NCBI GenBank assembly: GCA_965197425.1
Contig: CBDANC010000014.1
Span: 224,001-288,000, forward strand
DNA from: Bdellovibrionales bacterium
Lineage (GTDB): Bacteria; Bdellovibrionota; Bdellovibrionia; Bdellovibrionales; JAUICD01
Reading direction: 5' to 3'
DNA: 64,000 nt
Part shown: positions 1 through 9,770 of the stretch, in pieces
Layout: every line of letters begins with the position of its first letter
Position numbering within the stretch: the stretch's first letter is position 1
Notes under the pieces: model-generated
What the model saw: only the letters and a program-made list of their open reading frames with translations
Database searches by the model: none
What the model was told of the DNA's origin: nothing
Position numbers and translations under genes: made by a program

Positions 1-103
1 AAAAACAGTAAGTAAGAAGCTTAGAATTATGGTTTTTAGATTTTTTTTGTATTCCACAAGATTCAAGGAGGTTACCACTATCAGCCCATAATTCCAACAT
101 CAT
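1..103 (-). CDS. partial hypothetical protein running off the left edge
   Basis: Open frame from ATG at 103 (MMLELWADSGNLLESCGIQKK...), divergent from pal; too short to identify. Confidence 0.3.
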   Translation of the reverse strand, partial: MMLELWADSGNLLESCGIQKKSKNHNSKLLTYCF

Positions 104-208
104 AAATCAGACTTAACAATCAAAAGTTTGACAATATTCTGAACAAGGGTATTATTTATGTTATATTATTCAGGCGGGAAAGTTTAAGTTTTTTTTAGGA
201 GCGATTAG

Positions 209-724
209 ATGAATTTCTTTAAATTTAACAGGCAGATTGGTTCTGGTCTTGGTGCTTTATTGGCACTAATGTTGTTGGTTTCTTGCACCACGGGTGACAA
301 AGGAGATGTTGATGCTGGGGGTATAGATGGTGTTTCAGACACTCCCATTGACTTTGATCCTGAGGGTAGTGACAGCAATAACATTCTTGGCCTAAACACA
401 GTTAACTTTGAATATGACAGGCACACACTTAATGCCGAAATGAGAGAAGCGTTAGATAGGAATGTAGAGTGGATCCAAAATAATACAAATGTAACTCTAC
501 AGCTTGAGGGACACTGTGATTCTAGGGGTTCTAGTGAATACAATCTGGCACTGGGTGAAAGAAGAGCAGAGACAGTGAAAAACTACCTTGTAAGTAAGGG
601 TCTTGGTGCTGATATCTTAAATACCATAAGTTATGGTGAAGAAAAGCTTTTGTCAGAGGGTGATACTGATTATGACCATTCTAGAAATAGAAGGGTAAAC
701 TTCGTACCTAGTACTGCTTATTGA
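209..724 (+). CDS. pal: peptidoglycan-associated lipoprotein (OmpA-like domain)
   Basis: Lipobox LVSC; motifs LEGHCDSRGSSEYNLALGERRA, ISYGEE, NRRV; adjacent to cpoB-like gene. Confidence 0.92.
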   Translation: MNFFKFNRQIGSGLGALLALMLLVSCTTGDKGDVDAGGIDGVSDTPIDFDPEGSDSNNILGLNTVNFEYDRHTLNAEMREALDRNVEWIQNNTNVTLQLEGHCDSRGSSEYNLALGERRAETVKNYLVSKGLGADILNTISYGEEKLLSEGDTDYDHSRNRRVNFVPSTAY

Positions 725-1041
725 TGAGGGCGATCCTTGTATTATTGATCCTGGCAATTTCTTCTTGTACATCTCCTGATTCTAAGAGGAATGTTTTGGA
801 TTATGCCATTGCTAGGGCAGCCTTGAGAGCTGCTGTAGCTGGTGGAGCGGACTCAAAAGCAAGTGACACTTACCAACAAGCAGTGAATGCATATGAGTTA
901 GGCGAAAAATACTATAAGAAGGGCAAATACTTAAGAGCAAATAGAGCGTTTAATAGAGCTAGAGCCGTAGCCGAAAAAGCCGAGGAACTTGCCAGGACTT
1001 CTGGCTCGTCAGGCGATGAAGGGGATGAGTTTTTACCATGA
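724..1041 (+). CDS. small Ala-rich helical lipoprotein (DUF4398-like)
   Basis: Lipobox ISSC; Ala-rich helices; coupled between pal and cpoB. Confidence 0.6.
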   Translation: MRAILVLLILAISSCTSPDSKRNVLDYAIARAALRAAVAGGADSKASDTYQQAVNAYELGEKYYKKGKYLRANRAFNRARAVAEKAEELARTSGSSGDEGDEFLP

Positions 1042-1643
1042 TAGTAAGAATCGTTTTTTTGTTATTGTTAGTTCCAACTATTTCTGGATGTCTTAAAACA
1101 AGATCTGATGTAGGTCAGTCTCATGATAATCAAATGGTAGAACAAAGACTTAATGTAGAAACTGTAGATAGCCTCAAAGCTAATTATAGTATAAAAATCA
1201 ATGAGTTGGAGTTAGAGCTACGACGGCTTAATGGAAAGTTAGAAGAACTGGAACACAAGTTAAGTGGTGGTGGAATGGGTAATAATGAGTTGATAAAACA
1301 AAACAGAATATTAATTTCATCAATTGTAGAGCTTAAATCCAGGTTGAGTGCTTTGGAGGGTGGACAAGGTAGACAGGTTCAAGAAACAAACAGCCCACTT
1401 TCTGGTGCTGAAGGGCTTTTCAGGCAAAAAAAATGGTCAGAAGCAATTATTGAATATGAGAAGTATAGAAGTGCTACCAACAAAAAAGATGATAGATGGG
1501 CGCAGGCCACTTATAAGATTGGCCTCTGCTTTCAAAACATGAATCTTCATAGAGAAGCTGAATCTTTTTATAAAGAGGTAATAGATCACAGCCCAGATAG
1601 TCCTGTTGCTGTAATGGCAAAAAAACAACTGCAAACACTTTAA
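1038..1643 (+). CDS. cpoB: Tol-Pal associated CpoB/YbgF-like protein (coiled coil + TPR)
   Basis: Lipobox ISGC, coiled coil, C-terminal TPRs (ATYKIGLCF...YKEVIDHSPDS), pal context. Confidence 0.75.
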   Translation: MIVRIVFLLLLVPTISGCLKTRSDVGQSHDNQMVEQRLNVETVDSLKANYSIKINELELELRRLNGKLEELEHKLSGGGMGNNELIKQNRILISSIVELKSRLSALEGGQGRQVQETNSPLSGAEGLFRQKKWSEAIIEYEKYRSATNKKDDRWAQATYKIGLCFQNMNLHREAESFYKEVIDHSPDSPVAVMAKKQLQTL

Positions 1644-1793
1644 TCAAACTGTCTTTACACTAACTGATAAAAACCTATAGAATTTTTAAGTATGAAACTA
1701 ATCAAACTTAGACATTGGCATTTTGAGCATTAATTAGTTATGATGTGCTAAGCTCCTGTAAGAGCTACAGTAGTAATTTTTCTTGGAGGTAAA

Positions 1794-2489
1794 GTGAAAT
1801 TTAACAGTATAAGTTTTCGTGTGGCATTATGTACCGCAATTTTGGGGTTTTCTGTAAGTTGTGGCAACACCGACCCATCCACATCCACTGCTGAAGGTGA
1901 TAACTGGACCGAGTTACCTTATGGTGTTAAGGCTTATGTAGCGCAACAGATCTGTAGTGGAAGAGAGGTAATTAGCTCTAGTCTGGCAGTTGATTTTCAA
2001 GATGCTCAATTAGCGGATGGCATAACTCCTGAGCAAATAGCTTCAAATCCGATTGATCTGTACTGTGGTGAAGATGAAGAAGATTGTCGCCAATATGAAA
2101 TAGCTCCAGGCAACAAAGCAAGCGTTTACTACCGTCAAGATAGTGAGTTACCTAATGCAAAGTTTTTTGACATTACTGAGCAAAACTTCGAAGTCAAACT
2201 TATTGCAAAAATTGAATTTATAAATGACCAAAATAATCTTCAAACATTACCACTGATTGATTCTGCTATAACAGTTAATTTTCCTAACACTGTTTGTGGT
2301 GACGGAAGAAATACTCAATGCGAGGACTTAAGTTCACATTGTCCAGAATCTCACAGATGTACTTTTGATTATGATGATTGTAGGTTAGAAAGCTCTACAT
2401 GCGCATCGGGTTATGAGGAGCGAGATATTGAAGATCAAGATGGTAGCTTATTTAATGGGCTAAGATGTGCTGAAGCAACTAGTAACTAA
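1794..2489 (+). CDS. Cys-rich lipoprotein, paralog 1 of 4
   Basis: GGAGGT RBS, GTG start, lipobox SVSC, 10-Cys domain shared with the next three genes. Confidence 0.85.
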   Translation: MKFNSISFRVALCTAILGFSVSCGNTDPSTSTAEGDNWTELPYGVKAYVAQQICSGREVISSSLAVDFQDAQLADGITPEQIASNPIDLYCGEDEEDCRQYEIAPGNKASVYYRQDSELPNAKFFDITEQNFEVKLIAKIEFINDQNNLQTLPLIDSAITVNFPNTVCGDGRNTQCEDLSSHCPESHRCTFDYDDCRLESSTCASGYEERDIEDQDGSLFNGLRCAEATSN

Positions 2490-2515
2490 GACTAAACTCT
2501 TCGATTGAATACAGT

Positions 2516-2541
2516 AGCCTTTGTTTTTAAAAACAAAGGCT
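2516..2541. terminator. perfect 26-bp palindrome, probable terminator
   Basis: AGCCTTTGTTTTT/AAAAACAAAGGCT shortly after the paralog 1 stop. Confidence 0.6.
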
Positions 2542-2546
2542 GTTGG

Positions 2547-2603
2547 TTTATGGAATAAAGCAATAGTTAACTTGGTATACCAACTGTAAATCTTTCAAAA
2601 GAA
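2547..2603 (+). repeat. 57-bp direct repeat, copy 1 (copy 2 at 4776-4832)
   Basis: 53/57 identical to 4776-4832. Confidence 0.9.
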
Positions 2604-2761
2604 TTGTAAGGCTTACCCTCTTTCCTTTGGGTGTTGCACTGGAAGTGACTATGGAATCACTTTTGTAAGGACATAAAAAGAATTTTATCTTGTAAACGCA
2701 CAAAAATGCCAGTAATAGAGGCCAGCTAGTGTTTAGGTCAGGCATTTGCCTTGGAGGTATT

Positions 2762-3883
2762 ATGAGGATTTTTAAAAGTATAGGTTTTAAGTTTGTTCTA
2801 GGTATTTTGGTTTTGGGATTTTCTATGAGTTGCAGTGATGACGATGGCAACAACAAAACAAATACAGTAGCACCTGTTGTAACTGGTGACGCACCGGATG
2901 GTGATGATACCAGCTATACAACTACAGGTGTAGCACCTGTTGTAACTGGTGACGCACCGGATGGTGATGATACTAGAAATGGCTTTGATGATGTAGCAGA
3001 CCTTGAAGAGTGTACTGCGGCTCAGAAGGACGAGCTAGACAGGGCACTTGATACTGAAAACCCTGCAGCCGGTGGAATTGCTGGTATGAATGACCCTCTT
3101 TCAAGTCAGGCAGTACAATTTTGTGCTTCTACAGAAGATGAAGAAGCTTTTAGAGCCATTAGTGATAAAGGATTAGAAGAAGGCGACAATAGGGTTGGTT
3201 GTAAGTGGACCTTTCAAAACACCGTTCTCGATACGGAAGAGGTATACTACTGCAGGGCTGTTGCAGATGTTGATGCAACTGAAGATACGGATGTTGTAGC
3301 TGTGGATGAACCAGCTAGCTGGGGAGATTTACCTCACAATGTTAAAGCTTATGTACAGAAACAAACTTGTAGTGGTGGAAAAGTGTTAAACTCAGATTTG
3401 TATGTTAACTTTGAAGACGCCGAGCTAGCCGCTCCTGTAACCAGAATCTATTGTAATGATGAAGGCACACCTTGTTCTGAGTTTGCTTCGAATACAGAAG
3501 GGGTTTCTTTTGGTACATCACGATATGGCATGGGCAATATCGGAAGTGTTAGATTTGGAATAGATGATGTGGTTACAGATTTCAACGTTGAGCTCATAAC
3601 AAAGGCTAAAGTTACTGATGATCAGAACGAGGCACAAGAAGTATCACAGATTGATAGTTCTATAACAGTTAATTTCCCCAACAACCCTACTTGCGGTGTC
3701 GACGGCATAGGCAGCAACGTTGAATGTGATGAAAATCCATGTGTTGATGCTCCAGAATCCCATGTATGTACATTCCAATATTCCATCTGCAGTGTAGTAA
3801 GAACTAGTTGTTCAGATGGTTATACAAACACTACAGCAAATGAAACTGGTGAACAGTTTATGCAAGTGTATTGCACAAAATGA
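2762..3883 (+). CDS. Cys-rich lipoprotein, paralog 2 of 4 (extra 4-Cys segment, internal repeat)
   Basis: GGAGGT RBS before ATG 2762, lipobox SMSC, shared 10-Cys domain. Confidence 0.85.
   Translation: MRIFKSIGFKFVLGILVLGFSMSCSDDDGNNKTNTVAPVVTGDAPDGDDTSYTTTGVAPVVTGDAPDGDDTRNGFDDVADLEECTAAQKDELDRALDTENPAAGGIAGMNDPLSSQAVQFCASTEDEEAFRAISDKGLEEGDNRVGCKWTFQNTVLDTEEVYYCRAVADVDATEDTDVVAVDEPASWGDLPHNVKAYVQKQTCSGGKVLNSDLYVNFEDAELAAPVTRIYCNDEGTPCSEFASNTEGVSFGTSRYGMGNIGSVRFGIDDVVTDFNVELITKAKVTDDQNEAQEVSQIDSSITVNFPNNPTCGVDGIGSNVECDENPCVDAPESHVCTFQYSICSVVRTSCSDGYTNTTANETGEQFMQVYCTK
2867..2973 (+). repeat. exact 44-bp in-frame duplication (63-bp period)
   Basis: 2867-2910 equals 2930-2973; encodes VAPVVTGDAPDGDDT twice. 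Confidence 0.95.
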
Positions 3884-3921
3884 AGTAAACATAAATTTTA
3901 GTTTTTAGTAGAGGTATTTTA

Positions 3922-4752
3922 ATGAAGATTTACAAAACCATAAGTTTTAAGTTGGTTCTGTGTATTTTGTTTCTAGGGTTTTCTATCAGTTGTGGCGATG
4001 ATAATGGCAACAACAAAACTACGGGGTTAGCTCCTGTTGGAACTGTGGATTCACCTGATAGCGAAGATACAGTTGATGACACTGATGTAACAATTGCAGA
4101 TGTAACTGGTACAGTTGATGATGTAGCCGGTGAAGAAAGTGCTAGTACAACAACGAATTTCTCCAATGTAAAAGCTTATGTATCCAATCAAACCTGTAGT
4201 GGTAAAAGAGTATTGGATACTTGGGTTGAAGTTGATTTTTCAGAAATAAACTCAAAGGTATCTGAGGAAAATATAGTTGGTTATACATCACCTTACTGCG
4301 GAACCCAGAGATGCAGTGAAATGAACTTAGAAACCCATGGCATCAGTATGGGAAGCATAACATACGACAAAAGGAAGTTAGATAGTTTAGAATTTAGGTT
4401 GGGTGACAACCAAAGCTTTGAAGCAAGAATTTTACCAGTAGCACCTAAGGAGAATGAGCAGGGAAAAGTAAGGGATATAGCATATATTGGAGGTCCTGTG
4501 CGTGTTAATCTCCCTAACATTGGCTGTAATTCTGGCCTTGGTGATATTGAATGTGAACGCAACCCTTGTGTAAATACCCCACGCTCCCACTTGTGTACAT
4601 TTAATTATAAAAGATGCGAAGTTGCGAGGATAGGTTGTGCTCCTGGATACTTGAAACCTAGAGATGATGCTGTCACCCCCATTCTCCTCAGATTAAACGG
4701 TGGTACATTCGGTGGAAAAACATGTGTAAGGCCAGTAACTCCCATTGGGTAA
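3922..4752 (+). CDS. Cys-rich lipoprotein, paralog 3 of 4
   Basis: GAGGT RBS, lipobox SISC, shared 10-Cys domain. Confidence 0.85.
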   Translation: MKIYKTISFKLVLCILFLGFSISCGDDNGNNKTTGLAPVGTVDSPDSEDTVDDTDVTIADVTGTVDDVAGEESASTTTNFSNVKAYVSNQTCSGKRVLDTWVEVDFSEINSKVSEENIVGYTSPYCGTQRCSEMNLETHGISMGSITYDKRKLDSLEFRLGDNQSFEARILPVAPKENEQGKVRDIAYIGGPVRVNLPNIGCNSGLGDIECERNPCVNTPRSHLCTFNYKRCEVARIGCAPGYLKPRDDAVTPILLRLNGGTFGGKTCVRPVTPIG

Positions 4753-4775
4753 TCTAATATACTGTAAAACGATGT

Positions 4776-4832
4776 TTTATAGAATAAAGCAATGGTTAAC
4801 TTAGTATACCGACTGTAAATCTTTCAAAAGAA
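4776..4832 (+). repeat. 57-bp direct repeat, copy 2
   Basis: 53/57 identical to 2547-2603. Confidence 0.9.
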
Positions 4833-4979
4833 GTTCCAATTTTAGGTTCACAATAATAAAAACATATTAAATACAGTTTAGAACACACACCCTAAGCACT
4901 GAGGATATTTGGTCTTGTGAGCAAATATAAATGCCACTATAATTAACAATCAATGTAAAACGATTAGGCCGGAGATAAA

Positions 4980-5948
4980 ATGAAAGTTTTTAAATTTTTG
5001 TATGTAAAACCTGTATTGTTAATTTTAGTTTTAAGCTTTTCTACAAGCTGTAGCACTGACAACACTGATGAAAAAACTGCTGAAACACCAGCAGTAGCTA
5101 ATGAAGAAACAGAAATGACCAATGACTTGGCTAACGGTGATACCAGTGAAGAGACACAAGTAACTAATGGGGAAGTAGCTAATGAGATAGTGTCAACCGT
5201 TCCCACTCTCACCGCAGGACCTGCTAATGGTTGGTTGGATTCAGAAGGTGAAGTAGAAGTTAACAACGATAATTCTAGTGAAAGTAGTACATGGAGTGAT
5301 CTACCCTACGGGGTTAGAACCTATGTTAGGGAACAGACCTGCAGTGGAGGAGAAGTAATTAGCTCTGATTTAGTAGTTGATTTTAAAGATGTGGAACTTG
5401 CTCCTAATGTAGCCATTAGTAATGCTTACAGCTTGCCTTATATTTACTGTAATGATGAAAACACATATTGTAGCAGCTTTAAAATAGAGGATGGTGCCAG
5501 GCTCGTGAACAACGAAAGAACCCACAGTAACACCTTAGGATGGGAGGTCCCGGTGCTGTTTTTTGATGATCTAAGAAATAGTGACTACAATGTAACTCTT
5601 ATACCAAAATTTAAACGCAGAGATCCTTTGGATGGTAACAAAGTAAAGGAAATATTATTTGTTGAAGGAAATATAACTGTTAACTTCCCCAATACAAAAA
5701 CTTGTGGCGATAATGTTGGTGATGTTAGATGTGAGATTGAAAATGAATGCATAAATGCCCCTGAGTCTCACATCTGTATCTTTGACTACAGTAAATGTAG
5801 TAGTGGAAGCTCAACATACTTACACACTATTTCATGCAATAAAGGTTATGTGGAAACCACAGACGACACAGTTGGTGTGTTTTTTGGGACCGAAACCAAA
5901 TCACCCAGATTAGCTAAAAGGTGTGTTAAAGAAAGTACACAACACTGA
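4980..5948 (+). CDS. Cys-rich lipoprotein, paralog 4 of 4
   Basis: GGAG RBS, lipobox STSC, shared 10-Cys domain. Confidence 0.85.
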   Translation: MKVFKFLYVKPVLLILVLSFSTSCSTDNTDEKTAETPAVANEETEMTNDLANGDTSEETQVTNGEVANEIVSTVPTLTAGPANGWLDSEGEVEVNNDNSSESSTWSDLPYGVRTYVREQTCSGGEVISSDLVVDFKDVELAPNVAISNAYSLPYIYCNDENTYCSSFKIEDGARLVNNERTHSNTLGWEVPVLFFDDLRNSDYNVTLIPKFKRRDPLDGNKVKEILFVEGNITVNFPNTKTCGDNVGDVRCEIENECINAPESHICIFDYSKCSSGSSTYLHTISCNKGYVETTDDTVGVFFGTETKSPRLAKRCVKESTQH

Positions 5949-6003
5949 GAGACCATTGAAATAAACAACAGACTTACTCGTTTTTTCAGTGGCACTACGT
6001 TCC
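5939..6003 (-). repeat. dispersed hairpin element type A (inverted copy of 38909-38970)
   Basis: About 55/62 identical plus one 3-bp indel versus the reverse complement of 38909-38970; contains the stop codon of paralog 4. Confidence 0.9.
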
Positions 6004-6053
6004 CGATGGAACAAACCTCCTTGTTTTTTACCTCATTAAGCTCACCTTAAGCA

Positions 6054-6136
6054 ATGGTGTTGGCCGTGAGGTCCACCAGGAAGGAGCCACTCGGCAAAAA
6101 AAAGTAGGCAAAGCCTCCTTGTTTTTTTACCTCATT
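6054..6136 (-). repeat. dispersed element type C with embedded bidirectional terminator (inverted copy of 56159-56239)
   Basis: About 80% identical by eye to the reverse complement of 56159-56239; A8-GTAGGC-AAA-GCCTCC-TTG-T7. Confidence 0.85.
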
Positions 6137-6146
6137 AAGCTCACCT

Positions 6147-7036
6147 TTATAATTGATAAGATCTCATTATATTGCCTAGAATTTTATCTAACAAAGGCAC
6201 CGCTAAAAAAACCAACAGGCTTAAGTTTACTTTTATAAAAAACTTAAACCAATATTTAGAAATATCAGATAAGAAAAATCTAAAAAATTCAAATAACATC
6301 AACAACACACACGGAATTACAAGTACTAAATAAAAAAATCTAGTCTGCACAAACAAAGGAGAAAGAGCAGCTAAAGAAAGATAAGCAAACATATATAGGC
6401 CTATTTGATACTTAGTGAAAATCTCACCAAATTTAATAGGTAAAACAGGAACCCCTCCTTTTTTGTAATCTTCTCTATAACGAAGTGCCAAAGACCAAAA
6501 GTGTGGCATCTGCCACAAAAACATAATCAAAAATAATACACTATATCAGGGCTAAATAAACTAGAACTTTCATAAGCACAATACCCTATCACAACAGGCA
6601 TTGCTCCAGGTATAGCCCCAGGAACAGCAGCAAATGAAAGCTTGGGCTTAAACCACATAGTATATGCTCCATTATACATTAACACCGTTGCCATCCCTAA
6701 CAAGGAAGCCTTGATACTAACAACACTAAGAAAAAATAAGCCAAAACATAAAAGGGCAAGGCTTAATCTAAACCCAAAAATCCACGAAATTTTTCCAGCA
6801 GGAATTGGCCTTAAAGCAGTTCTGCGCATGCTAGCATCCAACTCTACCTCTTGCACTTGGTTTAAAGCACAACTGCCTGAAGCTAGCAGAATAAATCCAA
6901 CAGAAAATAACAGAAAATTTGAAACACTAAAGTTATTAAAGGTATCATGGCTAAACAAGTACCCAATAAGAGCAGAAAAATAAGACAACATTACTATGTT
7001 GAACTTAGTAAAGCACATCAAAGTTTTAATCATCAC
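6147..7036 (-). CDS. ctaB: protoheme IX farnesyltransferase (heme O synthase), split by a 1-bp frameshift near 6530
   Basis: Motifs [33 protein letters not shown], and WQMPHFW in the next frame; one base missing at or near the A5 run 6529-6533. Confidence 0.85.
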
Positions 7037-7350
7037 TCACTGCCAAATAGGTTGATCATATAATCTCTGGTAAATACATCAATGGAGCTTAAGGTAAAAA
7101 ACACAACCAAAAAGAAAAAAGCACTAAAGAAAGTAATTCTGTTCAAGGTACTCTCATACTTCTGATGCATAAAATACAAAATAACAATCATTGCCTTAAT
7201 AGAAGCAATTAGCATAGCTACCAGCACATTTATTATATTTAAGCCTAGATCAATTCTGGAAATCCATACTGTCATTACAGTCAAAATGACAAGTGAAATA
7301 TAAACAATTAAATAAACTCTAAATGGTGTTATGTGGTGAGTTTTTTCCAA
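7033..7350 (-). CDS. ctaF: cytochrome c oxidase subunit IV
   Basis: Three TM helices, IASIKA..VILYFMH motif, GGGAGG RBS with TTG start, operon context. Confidence 0.85.
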   Translation of the reverse strand: MEKTHHITPFRVYLIVYISLVILTVMTVWISRIDLGLNIINVLVAMLIASIKAMIVILYFMHQKYESTLNRITFFSAFFFLVVFFTLSSIDVFTRDYMINLFGSE

Positions 7351-7437
7351 ATAAAACCTCCCTTAAAAGTCTATCTAATGAAGTTAAAAACAAGTGTACT
7401 TGTTCAATCAAGGTCTTCCAACGGGACCAACAAGGTG

Positions 7438-7529
7438 AACTCCGTTTGCCTTTTGGCCAAGTGGTTGCCCAGCTCTGTTTGTAGAATACAACTCCAGTTG
7501 CTTTTTTAGCCAAATGATTGTCCAGCTCT
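7438..7529. repeat. degenerate duplication (~40-bp unit, ~52-bp period) inside the oxidase operon
   Basis: 7438-7476 versus 7490-7529. Confidence 0.75.
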
Positions 7530-7552
7530 TTATGTGTCATACAACCCCCCCC

Positions 7553-8203
7553 CTATACCAAATACAAAAGTGGAAACAAATAAATCCAAATTAAATCCAC
7601 AATATGCCAAAATAATCCTACACCCTCAACAGCAGTATAATAGTTAGGATTAAATTCGCCCTTATAATGGCGATAAGTAACCCAAGATATTAAACCCATA
7701 CCAGCCAACACATGTATTCCATGAAGGCCTGTCATACAAAAATAAAAACTAAAAAACAGTGCTAGGTTTTTTACCTCTGTATCACCTTGAAAGGCAAACT
7801 CAGAACCAGGAAATAATCCTAAGTGAAATTTATGGCTGTACTCAAAGTATTTAATTACCATAAATACAGCTCCACATAACACAGTAATAATTAAACTCCA
7901 AAAAGCTGCATCTCTTTTGTCAGTTTGTATATAATGTATTCCCAAAGCCATTGTTAAAGAACTGGTCAACAAGACAACAGTATTTATAGCCCCAAGCTTC
8001 CAATCTAAAAACTTGGCTCCCTCGGTAAAAACCTCTGGATATAAATTGTTAAATATGGCAAAGGCAACAAACAACCCACCAAACATTAATATCTCTGTGA
8101 CCATAAAGATCCAAACACCAAACTTTGAAGTTTTATACTCCTGAGCAACACTATCAAAGTGATGAGCCTGAGTATAAGGCTTTGAGGCTTTAACGATACT
8201 CAT
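7553..8203 (-). CDS. ctaE: cytochrome c oxidase subunit III
   Basis: [34 protein letters not shown] motifs. Confidence 0.95.
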   Translation of the reverse strand: MSIVKASKPYTQAHHFDSVAQEYKTSKFGVWIFMVTEILMFGGLFVAFAIFNNLYPEVFTEGAKFLDWKLGAINTVVLLTSSLTMALGIHYIQTDKRDAAFWSLIITVLCGAVFMVIKYFEYSHKFHLGLFPGSEFAFQGDTEVKNLALFFSFYFCMTGLHGIHVLAGMGLISWVTYRHYKGEFNPNYYTAVEGVGLFWHIVDLIWIYLFPLLYLV

Positions 8204-9761
8204 AAGGACCCTCTGTTACAGTTGGAATTTCTAGAAAGTTTTCATGTGGCGGAGGAGATGATGTCTTCCACTCCAAAGTTTTACCACCCCAAGGATTATC
8301 TCCAGCTTTCTTCTTAGAATAAAAACCACCTATTACACAATACAATACAAAAAACAGACCAAGACCAATCATCCAAGATCCAATTGTAGAAACCATGTTC
8401 AAAGTAGCAAACTCTGGGATATAATCATGATACCTTCTAGGCATTCCTAAATTACCCAGGATAAACTGAGGGAAAAAGGTGACATTAAAACCTATGAATA
8501 TAAAAAACCATGACAGTTTGCCAATAAATTCATTGTACATTTTGCCAAACATTTTAGGATACCAATAAAGTATTCCACCCATAAGAGCCATAATAGTTCC
8601 ACCAACCATAACATAATGAAAATGAGCAACCACAAAATAAGTATCATGTAAGTGCATGTCTATAGCTATTGTGGCCAAGTATATCCCTGTTAAACCACCA
8701 ATAGTAAATATAAACAAAAATCCAATGGCATATAACATCGGTGAAGCTAATAAAATAGAACCTTTGTACATAGTCGAGACCCAGTTAAAACATTTTATTG
8801 CTGTGGGCACACCTACAAGCATAGTTAAAACCGAAAAGATCATAGTAGCTAACTCTGACTGACCACTAACATACATATGATGTCCCCAAACAAAAAAACT
8901 AATAACTGCTATTGCTACACTAGAAGCAGCAATGGCTTTATATCCAAAAATTGTTTTTCTAGAGAATGTTGTTATAAGTTCACTGATAATACCCATAGCT
9001 GGCAGAATCATAATATAAACTGCCGGGTGAGAATAAAACCAAAAGAAATGTTGAAATAGAATAGGGTCTCCACCCAGAGCAGGATCAAATATACCAATAC
9101 CAAAAGCCTTCTCCATCACTAACAACAGCAACGTTATGCCCAAAACAGGTGTAGCTAAAATCTGGATTACAGCAGTGGAATACAAACTCCAAACAAACAA
9201 AGGTAAACGTCCAAAGGTTAAACCTGGAGCTCTTAAATTATGTATTGTAGCTATAAAATTAAGTCCTGTTAAGACAGATGAAAATCCCGCTATGAAAGCA
9301 CCTAAGGTCACAAAAGTTACTCCAGCTTTGGAGCTAAGAGAACTATAGGGAGTATAAAAAGTCCAACCTGTATCTACACCACCAAAGAAAAGTGAAGCTA
9401 TAGCAACCACAGCACCTGTGACCAACAAATACCAACTAAGTAAATTTAACCTAGGAAAAGCCACATCCTTTGCACCCAAATGAAGAGGCAAAATAAAATT
9501 TCCTAAAAAAGCAGGTATTCCAGGAATAATAACCAAAAATACCATGATAGCTCCATGGTATGTCATAGCTTGGTTGTATTGATCAGGCGTAAGAAACTGC
9601 TGACCCGGCATCATCAACTCTAATCTAATTAAAAGAGCAAATAACCCTCCCAGAAGTAAAAAGAAAGAGATTGTAATAAAATACATAATCCCAATTCGCT
9701 TATGATCCAAGGTAGTCAACCAAGACCACAACCCTTTTTTATAATTAAGATAATCTGACAT
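8190..9761 (-). CDS. ctaD: cytochrome c oxidase subunit I (type A2)
   Basis: [40 protein letters not shown] motifs. Confidence 0.97.
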   Translation of the reverse strand: MSDYLNYKKGLWSWLTTLDHKRIGIMYFITISFFLLLGGLFALLIRLELMMPGQQFLTPDQYNQAMTYHGAIMVFLVIIPGIPAFLGNFILPLHLGAKDVAFPRLNLLSWYLLVTGAVVAIASLFFGGVDTGWTFYTPYSSLSSKAGVTFVTLGAFIAGFSSVLTGLNFIATIHNLRAPGLTFGRLPLFVWSLYSTAVIQILATPVLGITLLLLVMEKAFGIGIFDPALGGDPILFQHFFWFYSHPAVYIMILPAMGIISELITTFSRKTIFGYKAIAASSVAIAVISFFVWGHHMYVSGQSELATMIFSVLTMLVGVPTAIKCFNWVSTMYKGSILLASPMLYAIGFLFIFTIGGLTGIYLATIAIDMHLHDTYFVVAHFHYVMVGGTIMALMGGILYWYPKMFGKMYNEFIGKLSWFFIFIGFNVTFFPQFILGNLGMPRRYHDYIPEFATLNMVSTIGSWMIGLGLFFVLYCVIGGFYSKKKAGDNPWGGKTLEWKTSSPPPHENFLEIPTVTEGPYEYR

Positions 9762-9770
9762 AATTAATTC

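Noticed and set aside
4785..4814. Sigma-28 promoter in the 57-bp repeat (TAAAG...CCGACT)
   Set aside because: The spacer is 19 bp rather than 16, and copy 1 reads CCAACT.
4920..4937. Sigma-54 promoter on the minus strand (TGGCA...TTGC)
   Set aside because: GG-to-GC spacing is 11 rather than 10, and it points away from the downstream gene.
6527..6540. Programmed frameshift in ctaB
   Set aside because: No canonical slippery heptamer or stimulatory structure seen; a 1-bp error fits the other indels in the window better.
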